A stretch of 64,000 nucleotides of DNA from assembly GCA_963762565.1 (NCBI GenBank), contig CAVXLD010000001.1, positions 992,001-1,056,000 on the forward strand, given 5' to 3'. The notes beneath the pieces were generated by a model. The model saw only the letters and a list, made by a program, of their open reading frames with translations. It ran no database searches and was not told the origin of the DNA. Positions 1 through 10,491 of the stretch are shown here, one piece after another; within the stretch, counting starts at the first letter, position 1, and each line of letters starts with the position of its first letter. Origin of the DNA: an uncultured Verrucomicrobiae bacterium. GTDB taxonomy: Bacteria; Verrucomicrobiota; Verrucomicrobiia; Chthoniobacterales; JAFAMB01. A program made the position numbers and the translations under genes.

Positions 1-1038
1 TTGGGCGCCGGTAACGTTCAAATATTTCTTTTGCATGCTCTCGATAATGTCTTGAGCCAGTTCCGACCGAATCAATGAAACCGTTGAACCTCCAAAACCG
101 CCACCAGTCAGTCGCGATCCGATAACTCCATTCGTCGATTGCGCGATTTCGACCAAGGCGTCCAGATGAGTCGTACTGTTTTCGAAGTTATGCTGCGAGC
201 TTTCATGCGAAGCGAACATCAGCTTACCAAAGGTGTCTACATCCCCTGCCAGCAAGGCTTCGCGACCAGCAAACACGCGTTCATTTTCACCGGTGATATG
301 TAAGGCTCGGCGCTTAACTAAAGGTTCTAGATCGCTGTTCAGTACCTGAGCCGTAGTCGCATCCCGAAGTGCGGGAACCTTAAGAGCTGCAGCCGCGGCC
401 TGGCACTGTTCTCGCCGCTCATTGTATTCACCGCCAGTCAATTCATGCGGTATTCCCGAATCGAGCAATAGTAACGAAACCCCTGCCGGTAACTGATAGG
501 TCTCCGCCGTAATCGAGCGAAAGTCTAAGAGAATCGCCCGGTTATCCTCTCCAAACACCGATGAAGCCTGATCCAGAAGGCCGCATTTCACCCCCACAAA
601 ATCGTTCTCCGCTTTCTGACATAGCTGCGCTATTTTCATGGGTCCGAGCGACCAGTTAGCTAAGTCAATCACAGCAAAAGCAGTGGCTACTTCGAGTGCA
701 GCCGAACTCGACAGGCCGGCGCCAAGCGGTAAATCGCTAGCGATCTCAATGCGGAAGCCATGACTAGGTAGCCCCGCTGCCGCCAGTTCCCGGATCACCC
801 CAAAGCAATAGTTAGCCCACGGTTCTTGCGCAGATGGCACAAGTTGATCTAGATCTTCGATCGCGGTCCGTTGCTTGGTTTGCGAACTAACCTCAATCTG
901 CCGTTGAGGCAGTCGATGAACGGACGCCGTAACGCCGCGATCGATCGCGGCTGACAGCACCACACCTTGATTGTAGTCGGTGTGATTTCCAAGTATTTCG
1001 ACTCGACCTGGCGCAAAAGCTACAACGCGGTTATGCAT
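1..1038 (-). CDS. galK: Galactokinase (3' end runs off the window)
   Basis: Not in the ORF track. Manual translation from ATG 1038 gives MHNRVVAFAPGRVEILGNHTDYNQG, with GHMP motif PLGAGLSSSA, CGLLDQ and GSRLTGGGFGG. Confidence 0.93.
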   Translation of the reverse strand, partial: MHNRVVAFAPGRVEILGNHTDYNQGVVLSAAIDRGVTASVHRLPQRQIEVSSQTKQRTAIEDLDQLVPSAQEPWANYCFGVIRELAAAGLPSHGFRIEIASDLPLGAGLSSSAALEVATAFAVIDLANWSLGPMKIAQLCQKAENDFVGVKCGLLDQASSVFGEDNRAILLDFRSITAETYQLPAGVSLLLLDSGIPHELTGGEYNERREQCQAAAAALKVPALRDATTAQVLNSDLEPLVKRRALHITGENERVFAGREALLAGDVDTFGKLMFASHESSQHNFENSTTHLDALVEIAQSTNGVIGSRLTGGGFGGSTVSLIRSELAQDIIESMQKKYLNVTGAQ

Positions 1039-1183
1039 GGGGATTACTAGTCTATTGCCGGCATTAAAAAGGGTTCATTTTTGAGCTGCACCGGCTTCAT
1101 AGTTCTATATATAAAGGTAAGAATTGTCATACATTTACCCGAACTTTTCTTGCAAATAGAACAACGAAGCATAATTTCTGCCT

Positions 1184-1609
1184 GTGAAATTATCCTCCGC
1201 CTCATTAAGAAAAGCAGCCGATATTCAAGAACGGATCGAACGTTTGGAATCGGAGCTATCCCAGATATTGCAGGGCGAAACAGCCGCTAGGCCGGTTACT
1301 CCTAGCTTAGCGCCAGCAGCACCGCGACTAACCCGAAGAGGCAGGCGTGGACGGTCGCCCAGACCAGCTGTCTTGAACGGACGCGGGCGCGGTCGCCGTT
1401 CGACTTCACCCAGCGGGCCATTGGCTCCGGCGGTTGTGCGAGTCTTGAAATCACGCGGTGCACCAATGGGCGTGTCCGATATTCTGGACGGTCTAATGGC
1501 TAACGGTTACAAGTTCAATTCGCCGGAACCAAAGAAGAATCTATTTGCCCGGATCTATCGCTTAAAAGGCGTTCGCCAAGTCGGTCCTGGTAGATTTGCC
1601 GCCGAATAA
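1184..1609 (+). CDS. Small basic protein: N-terminal coiled coil, Arg-rich linker, C-terminal winged-helix-like domain (candidate nucleoid-associated protein)
   Basis: Heptad N-terminus LRKAADIQERIERLESELSQIL; RRGRRGR linker; C-terminal AVVRVLKSRGAPMGVSDILDGL...VGPGRF resembles a wHTH. Confidence 0.65.
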   Translation: MKLSSASLRKAADIQERIERLESELSQILQGETAARPVTPSLAPAAPRLTRRGRRGRSPRPAVLNGRGRGRRSTSPSGPLAPAVVRVLKSRGAPMGVSDILDGLMANGYKFNSPEPKKNLFARIYRLKGVRQVGPGRFAAE

Positions 1610-1840
1610 TAACAGACGCCGGTTAAATCTTTCCCAAAAGAACGGGTTGCTTGAGCGCGTGGCCCGTAACCGGCAAAATCGGATGTAGAGTCGCCGAGAT
1701 TGATGAGTCAATCTTGGCGGCGTGCATTTCCCCCAAAGTTAACCAGTCAACCGCGCCAGCAGCCTTTCGGTTCCAGCAATTAGCCACTCAGCGATCGTAA
1801 TCGGCGCTTCGATTCAGCCCTGTGCCGCGCGGCCGGTAAC

Positions 1841-2028
1841 CGTGGCGCGCGCCTCGCTTGCGAAGCCGTGGTAAGCAAGGAACATCATGATGCTGGCCCA
1901 ATTTTGATCAGCGCTAGGTTGGCGACGCCTGGCTCTTCGTACGAAACAAGAGCGCAGCCAAGACAATTCAACTTCCAAGCCCCTAAGCTTTGCTCACCAT
2001 GGCCTCGCAAGCGAGGCGCGCTCCACGG
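1841..2028. repeat. REPIN-like palindromic element, family D
   Basis: Arms CCGTGGCGCGCGCCTCGCTTGCGAAGCCGTGGT and ACCATGGCCTCGCAAGCGAGGCGCGCTCCACGG; second copy at 40011-40258. Confidence 0.8.
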
Positions 2029-2047
2029 GCTCCGCCCCTTTTCTCGG

Positions 2048-4729
2048 CTACCCACTTTGAGAACTAGGTAGCTTGGCTATTCGGCGTGCACTATTTACGG
2101 TGTCAATCTGATCTACCGATTTATCGCGACGAATCGCTTTGATCCGCGGGAATCGCAGAGCTAACCCGCTGGAATGCCGGTCGCTCCGCTGGATGGAATC
2201 GAAAGCCACTTCCAAAACTATCTGGGGTACAACTTCATGCAACCGGCCAATTTTTCGCGTGGTCGTGCGCCGGAAATGCTCGGTCAGTTCCTCAATCTCG
2301 GCATCAGTTAAGCCGGAATAAGCCTTACCGATAGTTTCTAATCTGCCGTTTTCCGAGTTTCGAACGGCAAAAGTGTAGTCACTTAGCACGTGGCTCCTCT
2401 TGCCATGCCCTTGTTCAGCACCCACCACTATCACGTCAAGCGTTGCCAGTTCTCGCTTAAGTTTGATCCAGCTGCCGCCTCGCCTTCCAGGCTGATACGA
2501 ACTACCGGGATCCTTAATCATCAGCCCTTCCGTTCCCAGGTCGCGCGCGGTAAGAAACGCGGTCTCGATCTCGCTGGCCGTGATTACGGGCGTGTTGGGT
2601 AAGAGTTGAATCAAGCTCGGTAAAGAAAGGGATTCCAACAGCGACCGGCGTAATTGCAACGGTTCCTGGACCAGGCTTCGATTGTTCAACAGTAGAAGGT
2701 CAAACACCATAAACGCGATCGGTATGTCATCCGTGTCGAACAAATCGCGCGCCCGCTTGCGACCTAAACGGCGCTGCAGATCGAAGAACGTCAGTTTCTT
2801 GTTCGCATCGAAAGCGATGATCTCTCCATCAAGAATCAGATTTTGCGAGAAGGAGAGTCCCGCCAATTCCGGAAACTGTTGAGAGATATTGTGAAGATCT
2901 CGACTATAAACCTCCACCCTATCCGCAGCCGCATGTAACTGCGCTCGAACGCCGTCAAACTTCTGCTCAGCAAACGCCGGTGTTGAGCTAAAATCGTGTT
3001 TGAGCCTTTCCGCGACCGCTTCTGCTGATGGCTCTGGAATGGCCAGCATTGACATTACGGGTCGGAAAAGAGCGATCTGGGCCGTCGTCAGCAGGTTTTT
3101 TTGGGCTAGCACAGACGTCTCACCCAAATCTCCAGTCAGCATGTGAGCTTCTCTAACCCCCTCGGCCGATCTGGTAAACGCCCGGGCGATGCTCTCTTCG
3201 ACTAAACCTTCCTTCAGCCCAATCCGCAGATCACCGGTCAGAATTCGGATTACATAACTTCCATTCAAAGCATTTGATTGATGCAGCCATTCCGCCAATA
3301 TCGTGGCCTTCGTGGCTGGCCCCCGGGCCTGCTCCAAGCGTTCGAACCAATTTCGCGTCTCTACCAACGAATCGCTTCGAGGAGCAGTCCTGCCCAAGAG
3401 CGCCTCGTAAGCGATCTTCCCAGCGTCTCCGTAAGCCGAAGCGATACGACGAAACTCCGATTCCGTTAATTTGGTAGCCTGTAATAGGCCCTTGCGGATG
3501 ATGGACCAACCAACTTGCAGGGTTCGAGTGTCTGCTCGGGAGAAGGCACGGCCGGTCAGAAATATGCACGCTACCCGCAACTCAGACTCCGGTAGTTGGG
3601 TTAGATATTTTGCCAGTAGCTCGATCTTTTTCAGTTTACCGGTAGAACGTCCGATCTCTTCGCAAAGCTGGGTAAAATCGCCGAAGCTTCCTTCGGTAAC
3701 TGCCTCGACCTCCGGAATTTTAGGGACTGCCGCTACTTCGCGGTTAGCCGGTACCGCAATCGATAGTTCAAGTTGATTGCCTTCTCCCAGAGCCCAAGCT
3801 TCGATTCCTTGACGCCGCAAATCTTCAGCAAATTCGCGTGCGTAACCGTGCACGGTTAGAACTCGCTTTGGCTGAATCAGCTTAACATAACGGATCAGAT
3901 CGGGATAGTCGGCATGATCGGACATGGGAAACGCCGCATCGCATTGGAATCGATGAGCCGCGCCTGGATTCAGTGCCCAACCCGTAAGAATAGCAGTTCG
4001 CCGCGGTTTAATGTTCTGCACTAATCTCGTGCCGTTCGCGTTAGGGGGGAATAGCAGGACGCTGCCGGCCAGATCATCTCCTCGGTGGAGACTGAATGGA
4101 GGTAAGTTGTGAAATTTATCGTTATAGACCTTCGTCATTCGGTAAACGCTGGAATGCAGCCGGACCCGCAAATCGGTACCGTGCAGCGCAGCCAGAATTT
4201 CCTGCGCTTTACCAAGAGAATACCCGAACAGAATAGGGGTAGCACCGTCTTCGATGGTCTCACGACAGAACTTAATCAGGTCGGCAATAACCTGCTCGGT
4301 TGGAGGAAACACGAACCGGGGAAGACCATAGGTAGTTTCCATAACCAAGGTCTGTGCTGGTCGCCAAGCAATCGGCTCCGATGCGCGTCCGGGCCGGAGC
4401 TTAAAGTCACCGGTGTACAATAAGGAGCCGGCCTGATGTTCCACAAACAGTTGAGCGGAACCGTAAATGTGACCGGCGGGCAACAGGGTTAGTTCAGCGT
4501 CTCGGAACGGGAAAGGAGCTTGGTAAGGTAACCGGTGTTCGATCCGATCTCCGGGAAGACGTAGCTCCATTAGTTGCGCCGTGATTTCTGTCAAAATGAC
4601 TTCGCGATGATTACCGATGTGGTCACCGTGGGCGTGAGAAATGAAAGCGGTTGCTTGTTCGTCCCACGGATCAAGCCACAGATCAAGTGATGGTAGGTAA
4701 ATACCCCTTTCGTATTGGACATCGATCAT
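2048..4729 (-). CDS. MBL-fold/beta-CASP exonuclease fused to ATP-dependent DNA ligase
   Basis: N-terminal SHAHGDH, AGHIYGS, YTGD, METTYG, SDHAD; C-terminal ligase motifs EQKFDG, LDGEI, EGLMIK, WIKLK, LRFPRI. Confidence 0.93.
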   Translation of the reverse strand: MIDVQYERGIYLPSLDLWLDPWDEQATAFISHAHGDHIGNHREVILTEITAQLMELRLPGDRIEHRLPYQAPFPFRDAELTLLPAGHIYGSAQLFVEHQAGSLLYTGDFKLRPGRASEPIAWRPAQTLVMETTYGLPRFVFPPTEQVIADLIKFCRETIEDGATPILFGYSLGKAQEILAALHGTDLRVRLHSSVYRMTKVYNDKFHNLPPFSLHRGDDLAGSVLLFPPNANGTRLVQNIKPRRTAILTGWALNPGAAHRFQCDAAFPMSDHADYPDLIRYVKLIQPKRVLTVHGYAREFAEDLRRQGIEAWALGEGNQLELSIAVPANREVAAVPKIPEVEAVTEGSFGDFTQLCEEIGRSTGKLKKIELLAKYLTQLPESELRVACIFLTGRAFSRADTRTLQVGWSIIRKGLLQATKLTESEFRRIASAYGDAGKIAYEALLGRTAPRSDSLVETRNWFERLEQARGPATKATILAEWLHQSNALNGSYVIRILTGDLRIGLKEGLVEESIARAFTRSAEGVREAHMLTGDLGETSVLAQKNLLTTAQIALFRPVMSMLAIPEPSAEAVAERLKHDFSSTPAFAEQKFDGVRAQLHAAADRVEVYSRDLHNISQQFPELAGLSFSQNLILDGEIIAFDANKKLTFFDLQRRLGRKRARDLFDTDDIPIAFMVFDLLLLNNRSLVQEPLQLRRSLLESLSLPSLIQLLPNTPVITASEIETAFLTARDLGTEGLMIKDPGSSYQPGRRGGSWIKLKRELATLDVIVVGAEQGHGKRSHVLSDYTFAVRNSENGRLETIGKAYSGLTDAEIEELTEHFRRTTTRKIGRLHEVVPQIVLEVAFDSIQRSDRHSSGLALRFPRIKAIRRDKSVDQIDTVNSARRIAKLPSSQSG

Positions 4730-4780
4730 CTCAGCAGCCGCTTCCTACTCGTGCGCCTAAGTAACACCCAAGCATTGCAT

Positions 4781-5063
4781 GCCCACGGCCTGGAGGGGAG
4801 CCGCTTTTGTGCGTTGCAAAACCTCGCCGCAGGAGCGCAGCTAACACGTCCGGAGACACACCAAAACCAGCTAGCAGGCGGCTCCCGGGAGCAACCCAGC
4901 GTTATATTCTCGCCACTCGGCTCTCCTCCACAGCGGATCGACGTGCAGCGCTGATAGACCTGCATCATCATGGGCTATTCCCGGGAGCCCGCTTGTCCAC
5001 CCCGAAAGCTGCCAAGCTATAGAGCTGCTACACGACAAAGCGGCTCCCCTCCAAGTGCTGGGC
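4781..5063. repeat. REPIN-like nested palindrome, family A copy 1
   Basis: Outer arms CCTGGAGGGGAGCCGCTTT and AAAGCGGCTCCCCTCCA; inner arms GCAGGCGGCTCCCGGGA and TTCCCGGGAGCCCGC. Confidence 0.85.
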
Positions 5064-5214
5064 AACTTCCGCGACACTGGTACCGCTTCCCAAGGACCAA
5101 TCGCGAACGTTCACAAAAGCATCACCCCCATGGAGCAAACCCGACTCCTTCTCCAGCAGAATGGCCTCGGCCTCCGGGAAAAACTGCGAATTGACATGGC
5201 CTTAAGAGCTCGGT

Positions 5215-5757
5215 TTGATGTTGCTAATGAAGAAGTCGCTCGGCGTGGCATTCTTTTTTCTAATATTAGCGAGAAATCTCGCCTGCGCTGACAATCCTAA
5301 TCCCTTGCCTCTGCCGGAAGCGAATGTTCTGCCTCTGGAGCTGAATGACGACTTTCAGTTTCGCAAGTTCGATATCTTTATCAATGCCCAGCTCCGACCG
5401 CGGTCGACCCCGATGGTCACTCGAGAACTGATGATTTACATGGAGCGCCACCGGGCCACCTGGGGAGCGATTGACGGCAATGAGACCAATGAAAAGACGG
5501 GAGAATTCTTTACCTTTTTTTGGCGATCAAAGCGTCAGGCAGATCTGACCTTGCGTTTCGAGTACCGACAGTCCAATCTTAAGAACTTAGTTCAAGCGAG
5601 AGAAATATCTTATCCAGCGGCACGCGGCAGCCATGAATCTCATTTCAATATCCTAGGTAACGACTATTCAGAGGACGGTCGGGTGACTTCTTGGCGAGCG
5701 CTACTCATTGAGAATCAGAAGATTGTGGCGCTTTTGCAATCCCGAGCCTGGAGGTAG
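5215..5757 (+). CDS. Hypothetical exported protein
   Basis: Signal-peptide-like N-terminus (MKKSLGVAFFFLILARNLACA); clean ORF upstream of the STAS gene; TTGACA at 5191. Start is probably ATG 5218 or 5227. Confidence 0.7.
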   Translation: MMLLMKKSLGVAFFFLILARNLACADNPNPLPLPEANVLPLELNDDFQFRKFDIFINAQLRPRSTPMVTRELMIYMERHRATWGAIDGNETNEKTGEFFTFFWRSKRQADLTLRFEYRQSNLKNLVQAREISYPAARGSHESHFNILGNDYSEDGRVTSWRALLIENQKIVALLQSRAWR

Positions 5758-5775
5758 AAGGGGGTTGGCGAGAAT

Positions 5776-5805
5776 TTGACACAAAAAGAGCAAATTACGT
5801 ATATT
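5776..5805 (+). promoter_or_regulatory. sigma70-type promoter for the STAS-rsbU-grpE-dnaJ operon
   Basis: TTGACA (5776-5781), 18-nt spacer, TATATT (5800-5805), just upstream of in-frame GTG 5815. Confidence 0.6.
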
Positions 5806-5814
5806 CAAGGGTCT

Positions 5815-6330
5815 GTGAGTTTACCAGCTTCCATACTGGTAGGGGTGACCGGGAACGCGGTCTACATCAAGGTGCGGGGCAAGGGTTCCTTTCAAAATAG
5901 TCCGGCCCTAAAGGAGTTCGCGCGCCAAATGCTCGAACGCGGTCATCGCGTTTTCGCGTTTGACCTGAGCGAATGCACTGTGATGGACTCCACCTTTATG
6001 GGAACCCTGGCTGGCATGGCGCTCCGGCTACGCGAATGCGGCGGCACCCTGCTAGTGCGCAATGTTAACGAGCGCAATTTCGAGCTTCTACGCAATTTGG
6101 GGTTAAACAACCTGTTTCAGGTCGAGCCGAGTTCCGAGTTGCTGCCGTCCGGGGCAGCCAACGGCGAATCCGCGCTGGAAACCGAAAACGATCTGAGCCG
6201 ATCCGAACACGCAGCATGCATGATCGAAGCTCATGAAGCTTTGGTGGACGCTGCTCCGGAGAATCTTGCGCGCTTCAAGGATGTTCTGGAATACCTCAAA
6301 CAAGACTTGCGCACCGGGGCTGCCAAGTAA
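5815..6330 (+). CDS. STAS-domain anti-sigma factor antagonist
   Basis: FDLSECTVMDSTFMGTL phosphoacceptor motif and LLRNLGL. GTG 5815 preferred over TTG 5776, which overlaps the -35 box. Confidence 0.88.
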   Translation: MSLPASILVGVTGNAVYIKVRGKGSFQNSPALKEFARQMLERGHRVFAFDLSECTVMDSTFMGTLAGMALRLRECGGTLLVRNVNERNFELLRNLGLNNLFQVEPSSELLPSGAANGESALETENDLSRSEHAACMIEAHEALVDAAPENLARFKDVLEYLKQDLRTGAAK

Positions 6331-6340
6331 CGGTGGATAG

Positions 6341-7777
6341 ATGTCGTCCATCCTGCTCACCGGGCTGGTCATCGTACTAGCTATTGGTTGGGCGTTCTCT
6401 GTCAGAAAACAACAACGCACCATCGCCCAACTGAAGCATGCTCGGGAAGAGCTTCAGCTGGAAGAGAGCCGCGTTTTTGATTTTCTGCACGGGTTAGGAG
6501 CGGCGTTTTCCGATGACGTGCATCCATCGGATTTGCATCGCTTGATCGTGGAAGGCGCGATGCGCATCATCGACGCGCATGCCGGAGCTCTTTATCTTTC
6601 GGATCGGACCGGCAAGATGCTGTTGCCGACCTTCATCTCCCCTGGATGTCCACCGCTAGTCGAGGTGCCAAAGTCCATTTTGGTGCAGAGCGGCACCAAC
6701 CCTTCCGCGATCGACAGTTTTTTACGTCTCCAACCGGTAAAGGCGGGCGAGGGACTCTTAGGGATGGTCTGGGAAAAACGGGAACCAGTTTTCTTGTCCA
6801 GCAATGATGATGACTCTCGTCTAGCCAGCCTTAAAAGCAGCACCCAACAGATCGATTCGGTCATGGTTGCTCCCCTGCTTTACGGAGACCAAAATTTAGG
6901 TGTTTTAGCGGTTGCCAATGGCCCCATGAGCACGCCGTTCTCACCTCCCGATTTCATCGTTTTCCAATCGATCGTAGAGCAGTCGGCGTTTGCGCTGTGC
7001 AATGCCATTGTCTACTCCGAAGCAGCAGAAAAACGCCGTATCGATCGGGATTTGAACACCGCTCGGGATATCCAACGAATTTTACTCCCTGCGGCCCCCC
7101 CTGATCTTCCCGGATACGAAATCGCAGGCGTGAATATCCCAGCCAGCCAGGTAAGTGGGGATTATTACGACTACATTCCCATCGCGGCCGATCGGTTTGG
7201 GATAGCGATTGCCGATGTCTGTGGAAAGGGTGTACCTGCCTCGCTAATTATGGCGATGTGCCGCAGTGTTCTCCGGTCGGTGGCCCCGTCGAGTTCCTCG
7301 GCGGCAGGGGCCCTTCATCAGGTGAATCGGCAACTGTACCCGGACATCAGGGAGGACATGTTTATCAGCATGGCATATCTTATTCTGGAAAAATCCAGCG
7401 ATCACCTGCTGCTGGCTCGCGCCGGCCATGATGCTCCGCTCCTTTACCGAGCAGCCGACAAATCGGTCCAAAAGGTCAACCCGCCCGGTATGGCCCTCGG
7501 AATTGACAGCGGGGGCGTTTTCGATAGGGTGACTGGCGATTTTACGGTCCACGTGGAGAGTGGGGATTGTCTGATTCTCTACACTGACGGAGTGACCGAA
7601 GCGCTTGACACCAATGGCATAGAATTCGGGATTGCGAGATTGATCGAGGTGATCCAAGGCAGCGCCGACGAAAGCGCACAAAGGGTCGTCGCTGAAGTGA
7701 CCGAAAAAGTACGGGCCTTCGTCGGCACCCAAGCTCAGAACGACGACATTACCTTGGTCGCCATTCGGAAAGTATGA
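6341..7777 (+). CDS. Membrane-anchored GAF + SpoIIE/PP2C phosphatase (RsbU-like)
   Basis: N-terminal TM, GAF region, VSGDYYD, IADVCGKGVPA, AGH, LYTDGVTEA, QNDDITL. Confidence 0.92.
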   Translation: MSSILLTGLVIVLAIGWAFSVRKQQRTIAQLKHAREELQLEESRVFDFLHGLGAAFSDDVHPSDLHRLIVEGAMRIIDAHAGALYLSDRTGKMLLPTFISPGCPPLVEVPKSILVQSGTNPSAIDSFLRLQPVKAGEGLLGMVWEKREPVFLSSNDDDSRLASLKSSTQQIDSVMVAPLLYGDQNLGVLAVANGPMSTPFSPPDFIVFQSIVEQSAFALCNAIVYSEAAEKRRIDRDLNTARDIQRILLPAAPPDLPGYEIAGVNIPASQVSGDYYDYIPIAADRFGIAIADVCGKGVPASLIMAMCRSVLRSVAPSSSSAAGALHQVNRQLYPDIREDMFISMAYLILEKSSDHLLLARAGHDAPLLYRAADKSVQKVNPPGMALGIDSGGVFDRVTGDFTVHVESGDCLILYTDGVTEALDTNGIEFGIARLIEVIQGSADESAQRVVAEVTEKVRAFVGTQAQNDDITLVAIRKV

Positions 7778-8421
7778 CTGACTCATCAAAAGATTTTGAA
7801 AGCAAGGAACACACTAGAACCGGCGAGAACGCTGAAGAGCAGAATGTGACGCTCGTGACGAACTTAGGAAACACTGACCCAGAAGCGATGTCGACCCAGA
7901 CAAACAGCGCACCGGATCCGTCTTCGGACCCGGCTCGGCAAGTAGCCGAATTACAAGCCGAGGTGAGCAAATACAAAGATGCCGCTCTCCGGGCGGTAGC
8001 CGACCTTGATAACTATCGAAAAAGAGTGTCTCGGGAACGTGACGAATCGGTCAAATACGCAAACACTGCTTTCCTGGAACGCCTAATTCCTATCCTCGAT
8101 AATTTCGAGCTCGGCCTTCAGGCTGCTCGCAACGCTCCGGGGGCCGCCCCCATTGTGGACGGGTTGTCTATGGTTTATAAGCAGCTTCAGGAGTTTCTGG
8201 CCAATAGCGGTGTCGAAATCATCGACGCCGCCGGACACACTTTCGATCCCAACCTTCACGAGGCGTTGGCCCAGGAGGAAAGTCGCGAGGTTCCAGAGGG
8301 TAAAGTCATTCGACAGGTGCGAAGAGGCTATCGTTTGCGGGACCGCCTGCTACGCCCGGCGAATGTTGTAGTTTCAAAAGGCGCCCCCCGGCAAGTAGCG
8401 ACGGAAACGGAGGGAGAGTAA
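7774..8421 (+). CDS. grpE: Nucleotide exchange factor GrpE
   Basis: RAVADLDNYRKR, LIPILDNFE, FDPNLHEA, GYRLRDRLLRPANVVV. Confidence 0.96.
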   Translation: MTDSSKDFESKEHTRTGENAEEQNVTLVTNLGNTDPEAMSTQTNSAPDPSSDPARQVAELQAEVSKYKDAALRAVADLDNYRKRVSRERDESVKYANTAFLERLIPILDNFELGLQAARNAPGAAPIVDGLSMVYKQLQEFLANSGVEIIDAAGHTFDPNLHEALAQEESREVPEGKVIRQVRRGYRLRDRLLRPANVVVSKGAPRQVATETEGE

Positions 8422-8424
8422 GTG

Positions 8425-9588
8425 ATGGCGACCAAGCGGGACTACTACGAAGTCTTGGGCGTCGATCGTAAGGCTTCAACTGAAGAGCTGAAAAAGGCTT
8501 ACCGTAAGCTCGCGGTAAAATATCATCCCGATAAGAATCCCGGCGATCCGACTGCCGAAGAAAAATTCAAAGAGATCGGTGAGGCTTACGAGGTTCTTCT
8601 GGATCCGAATAAACGGGCTGCGTACGACCAGTTCGGTCATGCCGCTTTTTCACCAGGAGCCGCTGCCGGTCGGGGAGGGTTTAGTGGCGGTGGGTTCCAC
8701 GATCCATTCGATATTTTCCGTGAAGTATTCGGAGGAATGGCCGGCGAAGGCGCCGGCAGCATTTTCGATCAGCTGTTTGGCACTGGCGCAAGTCCTCGGG
8801 ATCGCAGCGGACGGCAGCGAGGATCCGATCTCCGGTACGACCTGCAGATCACTCTCGAAGAGGCCGCCTTCGGCACCGAACGAGAGGTCGAGATCCTCAA
8901 ACACGACGCCTGTACGCGTTGTAATGCCACCGGCGCTGAGGCGGGTTCTAAAGCCACCACTTGCCCAGTTTGTCATGGACGCGGTCAAGTCGTTACTTCG
9001 CGCGGCTTTTTCCAAGTGTCACAAACTTGTCCCCGTTGTCGGGGAACCGGACAAGTAATTGAACGTCCGTGCCGCGACTGTAACGGTGAGGGACGCCTTG
9101 AGAAACGTTCTCGGATTAAGCTCAAGATTCCCGCGGGCATCGATGACGGAGCTAAGCTGAGGTCGATGCGAAATGGCGAAGCCGGTGTCCGGGGCGGACA
9201 GTCCGGCGACCTGTACGTGGTGATTCATATCCGCGAACACGAGATTTTTTCGCGGGATGAGGATGATCTCTTTTGCGAAGTACCCATCTCTTTTGCCGTA
9301 GCCGCCCTTGGTGGAGAATTAAAGGTTCCGACCTTGCAAGGGCAGGCCATGCTTAAAATTCCACCTGGGACTCAAGGCGGAACGCAATTTCGGTTGAGAG
9401 GGTATGGAATCACCAATATCGATTCTAAAACTAAAGGGGATTTACGCGTTCGTGTCCTGGTTGAAGTACCGACCAGACTAAACGGCGAGCAGCGAAAGAA
9501 ATTGGAAGAGTTTGCCGCTTCGTGTGGGGATGACAACACCCCCATACACCGAACGTTTTTTGATAAGGCGAAGGATTTCTTCCGTTAG
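8425..9588 (+). CDS. dnaJ: Chaperone DnaJ
   Basis: J-domain HPD, G/F region, four CxxCxGxG-type repeats. Confidence 0.97.
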   Translation: MATKRDYYEVLGVDRKASTEELKKAYRKLAVKYHPDKNPGDPTAEEKFKEIGEAYEVLLDPNKRAAYDQFGHAAFSPGAAAGRGGFSGGGFHDPFDIFREVFGGMAGEGAGSIFDQLFGTGASPRDRSGRQRGSDLRYDLQITLEEAAFGTEREVEILKHDACTRCNATGAEAGSKATTCPVCHGRGQVVTSRGFFQVSQTCPRCRGTGQVIERPCRDCNGEGRLEKRSRIKLKIPAGIDDGAKLRSMRNGEAGVRGGQSGDLYVVIHIREHEIFSRDEDDLFCEVPISFAVAALGGELKVPTLQGQAMLKIPPGTQGGTQFRLRGYGITNIDSKTKGDLRVRVLVEVPTRLNGEQRKKLEEFAASCGDDNTPIHRTFFDKAKDFFR

Positions 9589-9636
9589 GTTTTGCAACCC
9601 GCAAAAATGCGTGTGCATTTGTAATCGTTGCACACT

Positions 9637-10398
9637 ATGCAGACTCACCGGTTTTTTATTCGGCCTGAATCCTGGGCTCCCGATCGACTAGAGCTTGATC
9701 AGGACGAGGCGCATCATTGCATCGATGTGCTCCGAGCCACCGTCGGGCAGCGGATCGTTGTATTCAACGGGCGCGGCATCGAAGCTGTAGCAGAGATTTC
9801 CGGTACCGCGAGGTCTCGGGTTCAGCTCAAAACTTTGCAGATATCGCAAACGCCTCCGTTGCCCTGCGCCATCACCCTGGCGCAAGCGATCCCAAAGGGC
9901 AAAAACATGGATTTGATCGTTCAAAAGGGGACCGAATTAGGCGTATCGAAGATCGTTCCATTAATTTCAGAACGGACGGTGATACAAATTGCGGCGGAAG
10001 AGAGCGACAAGAAGACAGAAAAATGGCAGCAAATCGTGGTCGAAGCCGGCAAGCAAAGTGGGCAGAGCCGATTGCCGGAAGTGACTCCGCCGGTGACGCC
10101 AAAACAATTCTTCGCTGACTTTGATCGGTACGAAATTGCGTTGATCGCGTCGTTGCAGACTGATGCCCGCAGCTTCAAAAGTGCACTATCGGATTTTCGG
10201 GAACAAAATGGCAGACGTCCAAGGAATGTCCTTGTCTTAATTGGACCTGAGGGAGATTTCACTCCAGCAGAAGCCGCGTTGGCGAAGAGCGCGGGTTGTG
10301 TACCCATCTCCTTAGGTCCGATCGTCCTACGAACCGAGACAGCCGCGATTTACTGTTTGAGCGTTCTCTCCTACGAGCTACAGGGAAACGACGTGTGA
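9637..10398 (+). CDS. rsmE: 16S rRNA m3U1498 methyltransferase
   Basis: HCIDVLR, QKGTELGV, LIGPEGDF, LGPIVLRTETA. Confidence 0.95.
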   Translation: MQTHRFFIRPESWAPDRLELDQDEAHHCIDVLRATVGQRIVVFNGRGIEAVAEISGTARSRVQLKTLQISQTPPLPCAITLAQAIPKGKNMDLIVQKGTELGVSKIVPLISERTVIQIAAEESDKKTEKWQQIVVEAGKQSGQSRLPEVTPPVTPKQFFADFDRYEIALIASLQTDARSFKSALSDFREQNGRRPRNVLVLIGPEGDFTPAEAALAKSAGCVPISLGPIVLRTETAAIYCLSVLSYELQGNDV

Positions 10399-10418
10399 AA
10401 TCAGGCGGACCAAAGAGT

Positions 10419-10491
10419 AACCGCGAATGCACCCGAATAGACGCGAATAGAATGGGATTTTATTCGCGTTCATTCGCGTTCATTCGCGGTT
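10419..10491. repeat. Inverted pair of CGCGAAT-type tandem repeats
   Basis: AACCGCGAATGCACCCGAATAGACGCGAAT versus ATTCGCGTTCATTCGCGTTCATTCGCGGTT. Confidence 0.75.
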
